DNA of 64,000 nt from Lytechinus pictus (Eukaryota). Positions within the stretch are counted from its first letter, which is position 1; each line of letters starts with the position of its first letter. The notes under the pieces were generated by a model that saw nothing but the letters and a program-made list of their open reading frames with translations, had not been told where the DNA came from and did no database searches. Below, one piece after another: positions 35,621-49,174 of this stretch. Both the position numbers and the translations under genes were made by a program. The stretch lies in the NCBI RefSeq assembly GCF_037042905.1, contig NC_087251.1:49353358-49417357 (forward strand), read 5' to 3'.

Positions 35621-38232
35621 TATTGCATGTGTGTATTTTGTGTCTCTAAAATTCTAAAAAAAATATTACTTATGCATCCGTCTATCTTGTCTGTCCATGT
35701 GTATGTATGTAAAATATAAATGTCTTTTAAATTTTTTCTTTGCCTTTATTTGTGTGTGAGTGTTACAATAACAGCACAGAAGATGGGAAGAATTGAATGC
35801 TTAAAGTCCTATTGAAAATTGCAGAAATGGTGATTATAAAAGAATCTATTTCACTTTAAACAACGGATATAGTAAAACAATGTACCGTCCACTGATTTAA
35901 GAAGTCCACTTATGTCTAGAAAATTAATTTTTATCTTAGAAAAGATAAGTTTTTAATTGAGAAGAAATTTCCTACTCGGGTGGGGGTGTATGATAATCTC
36001 TTTTTTTGTAATCACATATGAATATATTAAGAATTTGTGTTGTGTGAGTTAGTTTCATGTATTTATGTTGTGTAACTATTTTGCCAAAGTTTCACATAGC
36101 CCAGGGGCAACACATGTGCTATGTGCAAAAGAATTATTTTTGAGAAAAATAATATGTTTAGAATGGGCGATGAAATCATGTTATTGATATGTCATTTCAA
36201 ATAAAATAATTGGTCTTATGAATTTGAATATTCCAACAAAAGTGAAAGGATTTTAGAATCGAGATAATTTAAATCGATGAATAACACTGTGAATATGTCT
36301 ATTAACACCGTCTGTGTATTAACTATTATTATTATTATATTTCAAATGACTGTTATTTTGTTGAAGATATATTATGCTTCATGACAGAGAGAAATTGTCC
36401 AGTTCATAATGAATTTTTAACATTTTGATTGCTATCTCTCTCACAAGAAGAACTCTTAATTTTTGTAAACTATGTGATAAATAATGTAATAGATGCACAG
36501 ACCACAAAGAAATATTTTAATGGACACATTATCTGAAGTAACCCTCCTTTTAATGATAATTATTACGTGAGGACTGTTCAATTTTTTTAGTCACATAATT
36601 GAGAGGGGAGACATTTGTGTGGGAAATTCTTATATATTTGGCTAACTCTACATTCTTTATGCCTGTATTTTTATTTATTTCATATCTGAACAATGAAACA
36701 ATGTTTGCTGAGCACAAACGGTAAGCTTTAAGAGTCCCAGCGATCAGAAGGCTTAGCATTAACATCTGTTTGAATTTTCAATCACTTATGGGTCTACATG
36801 TGCCCTTTTTGCAGCAAATAGACAATTTTCTTAGTCCTTTTTTTCAGATTTTGTGAAATTACATTGGATGTACATGTAGAAAATATAAGCTTTCATTTTC
36901 AATTTGAGACTTTTGATTGTCTCATTTTGTCTTTCTTTTTCATGAGATTGTAAGATTTAACCTCCGAAATTGCTTTTGCTTTTGTGTCGGTAGGACTGTT
37001 TTTTTTTTATAATGGCAATCTTTTTGTTCTGTGTTTTATCATTATATTATGATTTTCTCTTATTCTATTACAAGAGATATATGTACAGAGATGAATGTGA
37101 GTAATTGTGAATAATCACAGATTAAAAAAGATGAGCAGTGTTGTTAATGATTGTACAGATTTTTTTGTCAAAATAATGAAGGTATGAAAAAATACAAAAT
37201 CAAACTTTCTGTTCACAAAGTTAAGTGTAAAGATGTTATGAATGATGGAGAAATTGATAATTTTAAAAGTGCTAAGTAAAGATGAAACTTATAAGCTGTA
37301 ATCTTTGTTTAATTATTTTTGTTTCTTTGAGTTTGTGTTTTTTTCTTCAAAATCTCAAATGGGACTGGGTCCTTTCTATGTGTTAATCTGCATGTGAAGC
37401 ATGTGGAGAATAGTTTTGTGTCAAGAAGTAATGGAATAAATTATTCCAAACTAAAAAAACACCAATCACATATGCTATTGGATTTGAGTTTTACTTGTCT
37501 CTAAGTTTGATAACTGAATGCTCAGCTGGTCAGCAGTGGACACTGAGAGATCGAATGATGTTATTTTGATTCATTGGACAAAGATAATGTGAATGCCATC
37601 ATGAGGAGAAAAAATATGCACTGTTGTAAAATTAGATCCAAGTAGTGTCACAGAGGAGACTGAGATATTATTGAAAGTAAGAATTGAACAGAAATTAAAG
37701 TGCCCCCATAAAAGAAAATGGTCGAAATACCTAAAAGAAAGTTTGAATTTTAATTTCTTGAGTATTGTGATAATACAATTGATTATTATTATTGTACTTG
37801 TTTAGTAAAAGATTGTACGATTCAATCCTTGGCTACAAATGAATTTTCAATAAACCATTACCATTATCATTACCAGGGAAGGGGGAGGGGGGTCATTAAT
37901 GAACCTCATTACCTTTGTGGATTTGGTTTTAAAGAGGATAAGTTTGAACAATTTCAAATAATCCACATTTAATGAAAATGCCCTTTTGAATAATAATGAG
38001 GAGAAGGAGTAGGGTGAGGAGGAAGTGAAGGAAAGGTATGGTGATTGTGATGGTGGTGATCATGATGATAACATATTATACTATTATTAGGTTTCCTAAT
38101 GAAAGGGAATGATTATTTCTTGCATGTGTATTCAAATCAATTATGCACACTGAAGGAAAAAGGAAATCAGAATTACAGATTTTGACATTTTTACTTCATT
38201 GACTAAAAAGAAATTCAAGATGAGAGCCGGGA

Positions 38233-38550
38233 ATGGGTGGTTGTATTGCTTACCTGCAATATGGTTGTATTGCTCACCTGCAATATGGTTGTATTGCTCA
38301 CCTGCAATATGGTTGTATTGCTTACCTGCAATATGGTTGTATTGCTCACCTGCAATATGGTTGTATTGCTTACCTACAATATGGTTGTATTGCTTACCTG
38401 CAATATGGTTGTATTGCTTACCTACAATATGGTTGTATTGCTTACCTGCAATATGGTTGTATTGCTTACCTTTAATATGGTTGCATTGCTTACCTGCAAT
38501 ATGGCTGCATTGCTTACCTGTAATATGGTTGTATTGCTTACCTGCAATAT
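38233..38550 (+). repeat. 24-bp minisatellite, about 13 copies
   Basis: Unit atggttgtattgcttacctgcaat. Confidence 0.95.
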
Positions 38551-39882
38551 ATACCTGGCTTTTTTTTAACGAATAGTCTCAAGATTACTCTTATTTATGT
38601 TGCTTTCATCCTTTTGAAAAGCTGTGCACTCTGAAGATGTATAAATCTGAATGCAGTAGATAAGTTTGGTCTTTTTTTTGGGCTCATTCTGTATGCTTGT
38701 GGGGACATTCCTCTCTCTCTTCTCTGATAAAAACATCAATCAATTAATTTTACATTATCCTCCCCTGTCTCTTTCACTACCTTCCTTTCAACCCCCCCCC
38801 CCCCATCTCCTCTTTTCTGTCTCTATAGCCTCTTTCTCTCTATTACCCTCATTGATTTTTGTTTACTTTCCCTTCTCTCCTCCACCTCTCTTCAATATTT
38901 ATCTGTCTTCTAACTGTTCATTTCACCTATCTTTATTTTCAAATGAAATTTTAGCTCTTAGAAACCACAAACCCAACCTCCCATCTTCCTTCTCCCCTCC
39001 ATCTCCCAGATCTCCCCCATTCATCCAGATATCAGTCAATTACTTTCCATCTAATACAGCCCATCTATTTGTCCCCCGCCCCCTAATGAAATTCTTAGAT
39101 GATGCTGGGAGTCTTCCAGAGGTCATTCTCCCTGCTTCCGTGCATCCCTTCACCTCTCAAGAAATTAGCCTGGTCCTGCCGACTGGAGACTCCCTAATCA
39201 CCGCCAAATGAAACCCCCTAACGATAATGATGAATGTCATATTAAGGGCCCATAACTGTCCGAGAATATTTTGAAATCTTTAATAAGAATTCCCCCAAAA
39301 GTTACAGATGCCTGATTATGGGGACGGGTAGTATTAAAATGCATGGCGTATAGCTAGTTTACTGTATAAACCGCAAGAAGATGATTAACTCAAATTTTGT
39401 GGTGCATACTTTTAGTTTCATCACGCTAAGAGTGTTTCCCAAGAGAATAGAGATATAGATACAGATATACAGTATAAGCCATATTCAGTAGGTTATTATT
39501 TGGAAAACAAACGGTATATGATATAGAACATTTCATTAAAAAAGAAAATTAGTGGCAGATTTCGATGAGGTTCTATTATTCTTTTTGCTTGCTTAAATTC
39601 TGAATTTCAAGGATTTGAAATAAACCTAGATGGATGGGAACAGGGTTCAGCTGAATATTGGATTTAGTTTTTAATCTTAAGGATTAACTTTTAAATGTCA
39701 AGAGATTTTAATTCAAATCTTTAAGATCTATATTTGAATCCAAAAGGTTTAAATCTAAATCTAATGTGCGACTGGTCCCTATTCAAACACAGTCTAGATT
39801 TACTTTGAGTGTAGTATTCTCTTTTTTACCACTCTTGAATCTCTTTCAAACAGTACGTCTACCATTACAACAACATTCCTCC

Positions 39883-39968
39883 ATTCGTTCGTTCGTTCGT
39901 TCGTTCGTTCGTTCGTTCGTTCGTTCGTTCATTCATTCATTCATTCGTTCGTTCGTTCATTCATTCAT
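39883..39968 (+). repeat. (TTCG)n/(TTCA)n microsatellite
   Basis: Visible directly. Confidence 0.95.
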
Positions 39969-42530
39969 GATTGTAAACAGTTTAGTTATGTGGAGGAAGA
40001 CAGCTATACTCCACCCCCTATTCTTCCCCCCCCCCTCTTTCTCTCTCTCTCTGAGTCCTCCAATATAAGCATGGTTGACAGTTTCAAAACACTACTGATT
40101 TAGGACTTTATACATGCCAAGTACAATTCTTTACATTTTGGAAATTCAGAGTTTACAACTGATTTTTTTTCAGGACCAGTTTGGTCACGGTGAATGAAAA
40201 TCAATCACAAAAGCTGTGGACATAAAGAGACAGAAGATTAAATTTATTTCAAGTTGAACCTGGTACACAAAAAACTACCTTCAGAAGTTAACATAGTATA
40301 TGGTTGTTGATTTTTGAATAACGAAAGGGTCCAATTTTATTTCAATCTTTGCTTATGAACGTAGGTCTGTATTTATTATGGATAAACTTTGGTCAAAATG
40401 GCAATAGCATGTGAACAAAATCGAGACTGATCAAGGTAAAGTAATCTTAATAGATTGATAGGGGTAAACAAACCTGAACAGTTGGTATATAAAATCCTTT
40501 ATACCCAAGCACTGACATCTCAATCACAATCAACGCTGCTTGCCAATCCAAAATAGGTCAATTGATTTAAATTTGGGACTAGATTTGGTTGACCCACTTT
40601 CATTAGGGAAAATAGGAGGGAGCGGGACAATATTGACACATCAAAGGCTGTGATCGCATCAGAGAGAGTGATTTAGAGGACATTTGCTGCTTCGATAAAG
40701 ACAGAGTGGAAGGATTTAACGTGTCACAAAAACTTGATGAATTTATTCTTTATGGAAGTAGACGGTCTCTTTACCTCAGGAATAAAGACTGGTATTGTTT
40801 GCCTTTTTTATATTTCAAGCTTTTAAAAAGTGATTTTTGTTTTTTCTTCTAAACTCCCTTATTAACCTAAACCAAACAAGAGCCAATGTGTAAATCTTTC
40901 CAATTTTTCAAAAAATTTAAATGGAGATGAAATTTCAAATCTACTCAATGCCATGCACCTGAATGACACAATGTGAATATGGTAAAAACTTGTTGTAGGA
41001 AGGATTTTAAGAAAATATGGGGGAAACAGCTAAGAAATGGAGAAAAAAATGACTGACCAAATGTGTATTCATTAACATCTTTTAAATGAGATAAGTTTCA
41101 AGAAAAATATGAAGAAAACAAGTTAGAAAAGCAATGTACTTTTTTTTTCTTTTGTTACATTTGAAGCTTCTTTATATAGTTTGGAAGAAAAACTGTCAAG
41201 ATTATTATTTCCATTTGATCCATCGTGAGACAACTGATTATTTTTTCTACTCGTATTCCCATATAATTTTTTTTATACTGATTTTCTTTAAAAGATCAAT
41301 CCATTAATGACTTATATTGCTTTTTATTACTTTGTATTATATTTGAATGGAAATGAAATAAAGAATTGAATTGAAGTTTTGAAAGTATTGTTTTCCTTTA
41401 ATACACAGGTCATCACCCTTTTGTGATGTTTCAGATTCTGACAGGTGATATTGCAAGCTTTGGTTTTATTAAATTAAGCAATCGTGAATAGACTTCTGGG
41501 AGAACAACATTTCCACGTATAATAGAATGCCCATACAAACAACATTCACAAATCATGACTTCATATTGAGTTGGTTGATGTGACACTCTGACAAAGGTTG
41601 AAAAATGTTTCCACCATGTGTGCTAATGTATGTTTAAAGATACATTGTAAGTTGAATGTTGTGATCATCAGTTACGTTCATGTATCAGTGCAAAACTGGT
41701 AACAACGTTTGAAAACAATCAGTTAAGCATAGAATATATATTTCTCTGAAATAAAACAAGCAACAATCATTGTAATTACTACACAATGAAAATATAAATA
41801 ATCAATCAGTCCATTAATCAGTAAAGAATTAAAAATAAATCAATAGTATTTAGTCACTAATTAACAGAAAACTAAACCAAGACAACAAAATAATTTAGAG
41901 TTGAAGGACAAATGAAAACTAAATTAATATATTTAATATTATCAATAAATGTCAAATACCAAGCTTCAAACTTGATGCTGTTGATTAATGAATGGTTATT
42001 TTCACTTAGTAAGCATTAACATGATTTTTCTTCATGAATAACGGCCCTAATAGCATTGGTCATTAAATTCAAGTTTCACTCTTCCATTTTAGGACAGCCA
42101 TTTAATAAAAAGAATAAAGGATCTTTTCTGTAAAAAAGTACATCATGAATTATAAGTAAAATCATAAAATCAGATGATTATGAAGCTATATAATTCCTTT
42201 CATAACTCCAAAATTGTATCTGCATGAAAATTCACTGAATATCCCTTTGAATTTAAATAATAACGAAAAAATAGTTCAACATCAAGGAACAAAATGCATT
42301 TTATTGCCTGAAAACACACTTTAATATACAAGTATACTAGTATATGAAAACACAGGCATTACAACCAGAATATTTGGCACTGAATGTTAGTTCTCTGAGC
42401 ATCTTTTTAAATGAAAATATGTAGTTCTGTCATAGAAATTACAGATAAAGACAGTGTACCTTTTATATCTTTTAGATATTTATCTTTCTTCTAAATATTC
42501 ATTTCTTTGTGTTACTACATATTTGCGTAT

Positions 42531-42762
42531 CAGGACACCCCCTGGACATGTACCCCCGAACATGTACCCCCCGGACATCTACCCCAGGGTAGAAGTCCAG
42601 GGGGTAAATGTCCAGGGGTAGATGTCCATAGGGTAGATGTCCGGGGGTAGATGTATAGGGAGTACTTGTCCTAGGGGGTACTTGTCCAAGGGGGCGGATG
42701 TCCTAGAGGTTGGATGTCTGGGGGGGGGGTGGATGTCCAGGGGGGTAGGTGTCCTAGAATCC
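42531..42762. mobile_element. MITE-like element built from inverted arrays of about 15-bp repeats
   Basis: Left ggacatgtaccccc units, right ggggtagatgtcc units. Termini aggacacc / ggtgtcct. Confidence 0.6.
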
Positions 42763-44463
42763 ATATTTGTCATAATGGAAACAAAGTAATATTGTAGAGC
42801 TGTAGTGTGAACAGGGATTTTAAGAATAGTTAATGTTATTTATAGATGTCTTCTTCATTATTCTTGATCATCCTCTCTTCTCTTGTTAGTCATCAAAATT
42901 CCATCTTTTCTTCCATCACCTTCTTTACATTCTTTTCAACATGCCAGATTCACTCTTCCATACCTCTCTTTTGTTCATGCTCACATTCACACATACTTGA
43001 CTCTTGCTAAGTTCTTATTCTCTGATTGGTTCTCTCCCTCTGACTTAAGTTCATTAATATTCAATAGCAGCTTTTCATATGCCATGTATATTCATGTATT
43101 TCTTTTATTTTCTATCTTTGCTATTTGAATATTCATTATTTATCTTTGTTGTATATAAATCAAGCATGTAAATATCTTATGCCAAATAAACCCCTGAGGT
43201 TCAAAGTTGTTCAGCTCAGGGCAATGCATCACAGGCAATCATCGAGTAAGGTTGTCCACTTCATGTCTCTGTAAGTTAGAACCACGCCCTTTGCCTACTG
43301 CTCTGGCCACTCTTCAATATCATTTACTGCATTTTGTAATAACTAACAAATAATTTATAGATTGATAGCCGATCTCTTGCAGTCTTGCGTATGTCTGACC
43401 AAAACTGTCAGTCGGTTCTGGCAAGCAGTTCCAATACTTCCATCCAATTCTATTCCTCCAGCTCGCATTAACCGCTGTCACTCTTCGTAAATTTGGAGAA
43501 AATTTCATCAGACTGCAGCGCACAAATTGTCGCACAGAATAGGAGCTTGTCATTGAGGGGAGCGGCTCAAGGAAACAGATTGGACAAATTGTTATCTCTT
43601 TATAGGGGCCAGTAATTCGGTTCAACAGAGAGAACCTGAGTCACGGTTGACAATTTGTGGATTTTGATTGACAAACGACACACTTTATCCGTTCAAGGAC
43701 ATTCAATGAAATCAATTTGACATTTAATTCAAAGGATTTTGTCATCATTAATACCAATCAAATTTAATAATTGCATATAAAATAAAAATGCAGACAACTG
43801 ATTATTTCATAAGTGAGACTGAGGATGCTGTTTTCGTGAATGAGATCTGCTTGGAGAAATTTGCAGCGATATTCCACGGATCCATCCATCTTTTAATGTA
43901 GAAATAAAACTTTCAGGCAAAAGGTCCGTGACTAGATAACCCCACAATGTCCCTTTACCCTTTGCTGCTTTATTCCTTTTTGGCATGCCAAAAGTGATGT
44001 GCAGATGAAGTCAGAAGCCCAAACACAGGTAAATATATTTTGTTCATAGTGGAAAAATTGTTTTGAATGTATGAGGATGTGAAAGTACTCAGATTGTTCT
44101 TCATATAGGGGTCATATTTTTCTTGTAAAAAGAAATAACAGTATCACAGCAAAAAATGCGGTGTTAACCGGTGTACATAGAGGACCACACCAGTTATTTT
44201 ACACCGTGTGTTAAATTGACAGTGTTAGTTTAGCACCTATAGGTGTTATTGCAACACCTTTGGTTTTTACATGTACACTCTTTGGTGTTATATTCAATCT
44301 GTAGGGTGTACACCACAGTTTTCACAGGTATGTTAATCTATTTTAAACACAACATGGTTTAATTACTCAAAATGGAACTAACAAGAGGTGTATTTTTATG
44401 TGTATCCTTTCATATTTAATCACTTGTAGATATCTTTATGTTTATGAACACTAAATCACGATA

Positions 44464-45717
44464 CAGCGTGTATCAATAACAAGTTTACACTTTGAAAAGG
44501 TCCTGGGAATAAAAAAATATGCAATATGGGGATAATTTTTTCACATATATTCTTGGGTTTGGGTCTCATCTATCAAATGAAAGAAAAAAATTGACAGAAT
44601 GTTATACTTGAGTGAGCATTTTTGTAAAGCTCGCAGAAATCGGTTTGCGCAGAAATGCTCATTTTAACACCGTGTCAAGGAAAAAGGGCGAAAACAAACT
44701 GACCGTGTGGTACATTTCTCATACATTTCTTTTGCATTTTTTAAAAATTTGAATACATTTAAATATTTTTGTAACAACTTTGCCACCCAAATTAACATTT
44801 TATCCCTGGGTAAGCAGATTGAACCTTTACCTTTTTTGTGCCAGCTGGATCTGAGGACACAACTGAATATAAACAAAAGTTTATTTTAGATATCTCCAGT
44901 ATTCTTTCACTAAGTTTTTATCATTTAAAGTGGGACCATATTTCATGTTTCATTCAATACTTGTTTCTCCACACTTTTCCCAAGCTTGGCAATGATTAAC
45001 AAACCAAACATCAAGCTTAAGCCATTTCATGTGAAGCACAGCTCAGTGTAAAGCAAATATCATCACGATTGCCTCGGTGTGTGGGGAGAGAGAGGGAGGG
45101 GGGGCGCAATGGTGCTCTATGAAGTGTTTTGGGCAAGGAAACAAGCTATAAAAGGTAAAAGATATCTCAAATTCAATTCAATTCAATTCGTATTTTTTTT
45201 TCAATTATAAAAAGAGATCAACAAAGTTCAAACATATAAACAGATTAGATAGATGACACGAGTATACAATAAAATCCAGTTAACATGAGTGAGGGCAGTG
45301 GCAAGTAAGGACGAGCCTTATAAACGCCAACCCAAGATACTTAATGAAATAAATTGAAATAACACAATTATACTAAAAATTAGGAAAACAAAAATACCAT
45401 ACAGACCCTAGACAAAAACAAAACTACGATACAAGAGCCTACAATCCATCTTCTAACCTAAAGTCCATGTGTTCTTCATGATTAACCTCTACTTTTATTC
45501 ACATAACTATTTCATAGTTCTGCGTAAATCATTTTAAACAAATTTTTTCAAAAGTAAATGATGCTCACTCAAGTGGAAAGATTTTTTGACAGTTATATCG
45601 TCATTTGCTTAAAGAGATTTGTACCAATGTTTGAATGTGGAAAAAGCTTCAGGATATTACAAATATAAAATTTTACAGCATTATTTCTAAGTGTAAACAT
45701 TTTTTTGATATGTACTG
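44464..45717 (-). mobile_element. Tc1/mariner-like non-autonomous element (copy 1) with an internal insertion
   Basis: TA-cagcgtgtatcaa ... ttgatatgtactg-TA. Inverted homologue of 49175-50932. Carries extra sequence at about 45171-45445. Confidence 0.75.
45171..45445 (-). mobile_element. Probable 5'-truncated retroposon (LINE/SINE 3' end) insertion
   Basis: Absent from the homologous copy. On the minus strand it ends in an A-rich run and a (TTGAA)n tail. Confidence 0.45.
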
Positions 45718-45789
45718 TAGAGGTTAAAGTGATCAAGCTATTTATGATTCACATCACAATTGGTGTCATAGTATTGTCCTCACAATTAA

Positions 45790-46235
45790 CAGCATTACAA
45801 CCATCGTCATCATTGTCACCATCATCACCACCATAACCATCATCACTACTACCACCATCACCACCACAACCACAACTTTCATCACCACTACTGTCATCAG
45901 CACCACCACCAATACAATCACCATCACCTTATTCACCACTACCATCATCACCACCATCACCGATACCACCAACACAATCACCATCAACGCTACCAACAAT
46001 CTCTACCATCACCATCAATCATCATCATCCTCCTCATTATCATCATCACCACCATCACCACTACCACAATCACCATCACCTTATTCACCACTACCATCAT
46101 CACCACTACCACCAGCACAATCACCATCAACGCTACCAACAATGAACAACCTCCACCATCACCATCAATCATCATCATCATCATCCTCCTCCTCCTTATT
46201 ATCATCATCACCATCATAACCACCACCATCATAAT
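45790..46235 (+). repeat. Imperfect (CAC/CAT)n trinucleotide repeat with internal duplication
   Basis: Visible directly; explains the Val/Met-rich minus-strand ORFs. Confidence 0.9.
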
Positions 46236-46782
46236 CAAACACATTTCGATAACTACCTGCACATTTATCAACAATCTTTAAAAGAAAAAAAAACATGAAA
46301 GCGATTGATGAATATCATTTGCTCAGCTTTTATATATAATTCCACAATTTGATAAAACTAATGTGTACATTTCTGGTATACTTAGAAATTTTCAGAGTAC
46401 AAAATCACAAGAATCAAGGTGTTTTAGCTAGTGTACGCCCCTGCAAGGAACTTTCTTAACGTGTGTACAATAGCAAAAGATTAAGTTTAAACAATTATTC
46501 TACATTGAGAGTTTGAGATATTTTCATGTGTACATGTGCGATTCTTGTCAGCGCATGGGGGCGCCTTCGTGTAAAAAAAAGAAGTGTCAAGGTAATTTTA
46601 TGAATTATTGTCTCTATTTCCGTTCTTTTCTGTTTTATATTGTTGATGGAGTTGTTGTGATAGTCATACCAGGAAGGGTATTTTCTTAAGCTTCACTCCC
46701 TGTTATGACAATGGGTGTATCGTAACAATCATGATTAACTATGATTTTCCCTTAATTTTCTTTGAATATTTCCAATATTTCC

Positions 46783-47076
46783 GCGGTCTAGCGTCCTTTG
46801 GCAAGGCGTTAATCCACACTTTGCCACTCTCGACCCAGGTGCTAAATGGGTACCCGGTAGGATGCGAAAGATATTGTATGTTTGATTTTGCCAGCACCAT
46901 AATGAGGCTGCGATGAATGCAAGGAATGCTCCCCAGGGAGTGGAAATTGTGCACTTTTCGTGCGGGATTGAAATGAATCCAATGACCGGGGTAATAATAT
47001 GCTGTAACGCGCTTTGAGCCATTCTGGGAAAAGCGCTTTATAAAAATTGGCTATTATTATTATTATTATTATTATT
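46783..47076 (+). mobile_element. SINE (5'-degenerate) with (TAT)n tail
   Basis: Core ccacactttgccactctcgacccaggtgctaaatgggtacccgg shared with 26535-26790. Tail aagcgctttataaaaattggc(tat)n. Confidence 0.7.
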
Positions 47077-47199
47077 AATACATTTTGGGGGATATTTCAC
47101 AAAGAGTTGAGAATAGTCCTGGGGAGCATTTCATCAAAATTTTTGTCTGACAAGTCGTCAGATCTGATAAGTATGATTGGCTGAGAGGCACTGTTACAA

Positions 47200-47706
47200 T
47201 GGCAACTGAATTTCACGATGAAAATAATATGATTTGAACAGATAAAGAAAAATCAAACAAAACAAAGATTTTATCAAAATCAGACAAGGAAAAACAAAGT
47301 TATGACATTTTTAAGATTTGCATTATTACGGTGAAACAGGCATGTCTTCATGAATATTCAATGAGCAAACTGATGATGTCATGTCCCCACTTCTCTTGTA
47401 TTTTATTACATGAAATTATGTTTATTCAATATTTTTTCCTCCAGGAACAAAAAAAGTTTGATTGACAACTGATTTTATGCATTAGATATTCATTGCTGCA
47501 ACTTATTTGATTAAAAGGGAAACACATTGACACATGAAACTACCTAATGAATATTCATGGCAACATGCATATAACTGTTTTCACAGAATATTCCTGATCT
47601 TTAAAATTCAATAATTTCTTTCTTTTTATCAGATTTTGACGAAATTTTCAGCAATTTTACTCTATTCATATCGATGTAATTATTTTCAGTCCAGAGTACT
47701 CCTTGA
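47200..47706. mobile_element. Degenerate Kolobok-like element related to 22175-22776
   Basis: Shares atcaaaatc...aagttatgacatttt, gatgatgtc and gattttga.gaaattttcag blocks. Confidence 0.55.
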
Positions 47707-47730
47707 AGAACTTATACAAAGTAATAATAA

Positions 47731-48495
47731 GGTGGGTGTTTCATAAAGCTGTTCGTAAGTTACGAGCGACTTTATGAACTGGTGATCTTCTTTGGGGAGC
47801 TACATCCACACCAAAGCAAATTTTTAGTGTGCATCATATACCTTAAAGGAGAATGAAACCCTTGAAACCAGCTGAATCCATATCAAAGAGAAAAATCAAA
47901 TAAACATATTGTTGAAAGTTTGAGGAAGATTGAATGAATAATAAGAAAGTTATGAGCATTTGAATATTGAGATCACTAATGCCATGTAGATCCTCCCAAT
48001 GGCAATGCGACCAAGATCTGTGATGTCACACACGTACAACTCCCTCATTACTTTAGTACTGATTTCACTTATATTCTCACTTTTATAGAGTCTATCACAA
48101 GGTGAGGTGTTCTCTTTATGAGAGGACAAGTACAGAGGTTTCACAACATTATATCATTGATGAATTGTTTGTCATATGATTAGAATGAGCAAAAAGAGAT
48201 GTTTTGGGGTATATTTTCAGTGTCCAAAAGGGGAGAGTTGTTCATCTGTGACATCATAGATCTTGGTCGCATTGCCAATGGGAGGATCTCCATAGCATTA
48301 GTGATCTCGACATTCAAATGCTCATAACTCTTCTATTGCTAGTCCTATTTTGCTGAAACTTTTGTTGATCTTATTCTTTGATTTTTCTGCTTTCACAAAA
48401 GCTAACTTGCTCCAAGAGTTTCATTCTCCTTTAAGCAAGGATCACCAGTTTTGTGTAAGGTCGCTTGTAAAGCAAAGCTTTATGAAACACCCACC
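47731..48495. mobile_element. Short MITE (ggtgggtgtttcataaagct TIR) split by a nested insertion
   Basis: Perfect 20-bp TIRs. An uninterrupted relative lies at 52265-52452. Confidence 0.8.
47847..48430. mobile_element. Kolobok-like MITE nested in the preceding element
   Basis: TTAA TSD, aggagaatgaaac / gtttcattctcct termini, long internal inverted repeats. Confidence 0.85.
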
Positions 48496-48680
48496 AGGTT
48501 ATAACATAAGCATTTCCACACAACTATTGTGTTAATTACAAACATGATAAGCTTATACCCTCTAGAAAATAACATGTATATAACATCGAGTTGAACTTCT
48601 CACTGCAAAGTAATCTAAGTAACATATTGCGGTAAAGCAGGACGGAGTGACACTTACACCTACAATATTGCGTTAGGCCT

Positions 48681-48937
48681 ACAGTATCCATAATGAAACA
48701 GTAACATAGGTGTAAGACAGTATTATTCTGATAATGAAACAGTAACATGGGCATAAGGCAGTATCATTCTGATAATGAAACAGTAACATAGGTGTAAGAC
48801 AGTATTATTTTTATAATGAAACAGTAACATGGGCGTAAGACAGTATTATTTTGATAATGAAACAGTAACATAGGTGTAAGACAGTATTATTCTGATAATG
48901 AAAAAGTAACTTGGGTGTAAGACAGTATTATTCTTAA
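48681..48937 (+). repeat. 41-bp tandem repeat, about 6 copies
   Basis: Unit taatgaaacagtaacataggtgtaagacagtattattctga. Confidence 0.92.
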
Positions 48938-49174
48938 TATCAAGAAATCACTTCATGTTTTAACAAATTAGTCTTTAACAAATTGAACAAATCACTCCGA
49001 GACTAGCACAGATATAACTTGCTGTTTCAATTCAGAATGAGAGGGCCTTCTTTACACAAGTCATTGTAGGCTTTGCATTCAGACCCCTTAACTTGAGTGA
49101 AGGGTCTGCACAGCAGACTAAAAGGCAATTCATGGTATCAATCAAGAATATTTGAGAAGAAAAATATCAAACTA

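Noticed and set aside
38199..38576. Repeat-protein ORFs open in all three + frames (WLYCLPAI / YGCIAYLQ / MVVLLTCN)
   Set aside because: Artefact of a stop-free 24-bp minisatellite; no splice or homology support.
38666..39211. 181-aa ORF, the longest in the track
   Set aside because: Pyrimidine-rich low complexity, non-ATG start, no recognisable domain.
45766..46274. Val/Met-rich membrane-like ORFs
   Set aside because: Translation of a (GTG/ATG)n trinucleotide repeat.
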